DNA of 32,000 nucleotides. It comes from Candidatus Saccharimonadota bacterium (GTDB taxonomy: Bacteria; Patescibacteriota; Microgenomatia; UBA1406; GWC2-37-13). The stretch's first letter is position 1. Each line of letters starts with the position of its first letter. The stretch spans positions 270,001 through 302,000 of the forward strand of contig CP065004.1 of the NCBI GenBank assembly GCA_016700135.1. The letters run 5' to 3'. The position numbers and the translations under genes were made by a program. A model generated the notes under the pieces. That model ran no database searches. It had not been told where the DNA came from and saw only the letters and a program-made list of their open reading frames with translations. Below are positions 31,152 to 32,000 of the stretch, piece after piece.

Positions 31152-32000
31152 CGATTCTCAATAACGGTTCCTTTTTTATATGTAATAAGCCCTGGTTCTC
31201 CTGTCGACTGCCACGCCGTGACAATCGGCTCAATAAATTCCCACTCACTCATGATTTCCTCCGTTGATACAAAAAGCGTTTGATCTCCGCGCACGATATC
31301 GTAAAGCAACGCTTCATAGTCGTCTACAAATTCTTCGTCCATATACGCATCGTGATAGTTAAATCCGAGAGAATGTTCTTTGACATCGTAGGTAAATCCC
31401 GGTTTCTTTGCGATGAAATTCATGGTAATTTTTTCTTCCGGACGAAGATGATAATGGAGCGTATTTTTTTGCGTTCCCGGAACGGAATACAGACAGAACG
31501 GCGATTCTTTAAAGGTCACAACCACTTCAGTCAAATCGCTTCCCTGCGCTTTCCCTGATTCCAGATAAATCGGAACTCCTTCAAAATTTTTCTTGTTTGA
31601 AAACGCCTTGATTTTAAAATACGTTTCGGTATTTGACTGAGGAGATACTCCTTTTACTTCATGATATCCTTCAAACTGTCCCCGAATTGTCTGGTTTTTT
31701 ACGTCTTCTTCTTGCATAATCTGCAGGGACGCTAAAGCCTCACTTCGTTTCTTTTTTACTTCATTGGGGTCAAGAGATGAAGGCGGATCCATCAAAAAGA
31801 GACCCAGTAACTGAAGCATATGATTTTGACCGACATCGCGAAGTGTCCCGACCTTGTCATAGAAATCACCTCTGCTCCTGACAGATACCTTTTCCAGAAG
31901 CCGCACTTCGATTTTTTCAATATAGTCTTTGTTCCAGGCAGGAGTAAGGAAAGAATTGCTGAAGCGGAATACCAGGATATTCTTGACGGTTTCTTTTGCG
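31145..32000 (-). CDS. zwf: glucose-6-phosphate 1-dehydrogenase, C-terminal part (gene continues beyond the window end)
   Basis: Hand translation upstream of the ORF-track start stays open to base 32000. It reads ...NILVFRFSNSFLTPAWNKDYIEKIEVRLLEKVSVRSRGDFYDKVGTLRDVGQNHMLQLL, matching Zwf motifs (RF.N..F.P.WN, RD..QNH.LQLL). Confidence 0.88.
   Translation of the reverse strand, partial: AKETVKNILVFRFSNSFLTPAWNKDYIEKIEVRLLEKVSVRSRGDFYDKVGTLRDVGQNHMLQLLGLFLMDPPSSLDPNEVKKKRSEALASLQIMQEEDVKNQTIRGQFEGYHEVKGVSPQSNTETYFKIKAFSNKKNFEGVPIYLESGKAQGSDLTEVVVTFKESPFCLYSVPGTQKNTLHYHLRPEEKITMNFIAKKPGFTYDVKEHSLGFNYHDAYMDEEFVDDYEALLYDIVRGDQTLFVSTEEIMSEWEFIEPIVTAWQSTGEPGLITYKKGTVIENRL

Noticed and set aside
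1-32000. Search for CRISPR arrays, IS/transposase or integrase genes, prophage modules, toxin-antitoxin pairs or known defence-system genes
   Set aside because: There are no regularly spaced direct repeats. No ORF has DDE, tyrosine- or serine-recombinase, Cas, restriction-modification or abortive-infection-type motifs. The DUF4258-like ORF has no adjacent antitoxin-sized partner. tRNA-Pro is not flanked by an integration scar that I can see.

Overview
Gene-dense chromosomal segment with about 35 supportable protein-coding genes, one tRNA-Pro(UGG), and no rRNA, CRISPR array, transposase or integrase that I can see. The gene content suggests a reduced-genome Patescibacteria/CPR-like bacterium. 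This is an inference from two surface proteins with TrbC/VirB2-like 'T4SS-pilin' membrane hairpins, a SipW/TasA-type module, a membrane-anchored secreted nuclease, and scattered central-carbon genes.

Housekeeping content:
- The sugar-phosphate genes are pgk (3' end), glpX, gnd and zwf (3' part).
- truB, radC and a family-4 uracil-DNA glycosylase are present.
- The cell-wall genes are a DD-carboxypeptidase and a GH18 hydrolase.
- There is a Ca-type P-type ATPase and a VIT1/CCC1 transporter.
- An OmpR-family response regulator and a PAS histidine kinase lie 8 kb apart.
- Many small stress-type genes occur: bcp, a YtxH-like gene, DUF421, a YhdF/YghA-like SDR, two glsB/yeaQ paralogs and sodA.

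Most interesting observations:
1. A co-directional minus-strand cluster spans 15050 to 9079. It encodes a TasA/camelysin-like protein, a SipW-type signal peptidase, a lamin-tail-domain protein with a SipW-type signal, a TasA-like membrane-anchored protein, a VKOR-DHODH fusion and a YibE/F membrane protein. It looks like an uncharacterised TasA-like surface-fibre system coupled to a disulfide/quinone module.
2. A single ORF fuses a VKOR domain to a class-2-type dihydroorotate dehydrogenase that carries Cys at the catalytic-base position.
3. A Cys-rich protein combines a VirB2-like membrane hairpin with a GspG-like pseudopilin globular domain.
4. An approximately 85-90 nt heptad-repeat palindromic element occurs twice, each time between two sugar-phosphate genes. 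Both copies have the same orientation relative to transcription and end 13-14 nt before the downstream start codon.
5. The octamer TTCTTACA/TGTAAGAA is essentially confined to intergenic DNA. It forms hexamer-N5-hexamer repeats near the response-regulator gene and both glsB paralogs.
6. Several structured non-coding stretches are present, including a 106-nt hairpin downstream of sodA.

All functional calls come from motif-level reading of the translations. No database search was run.
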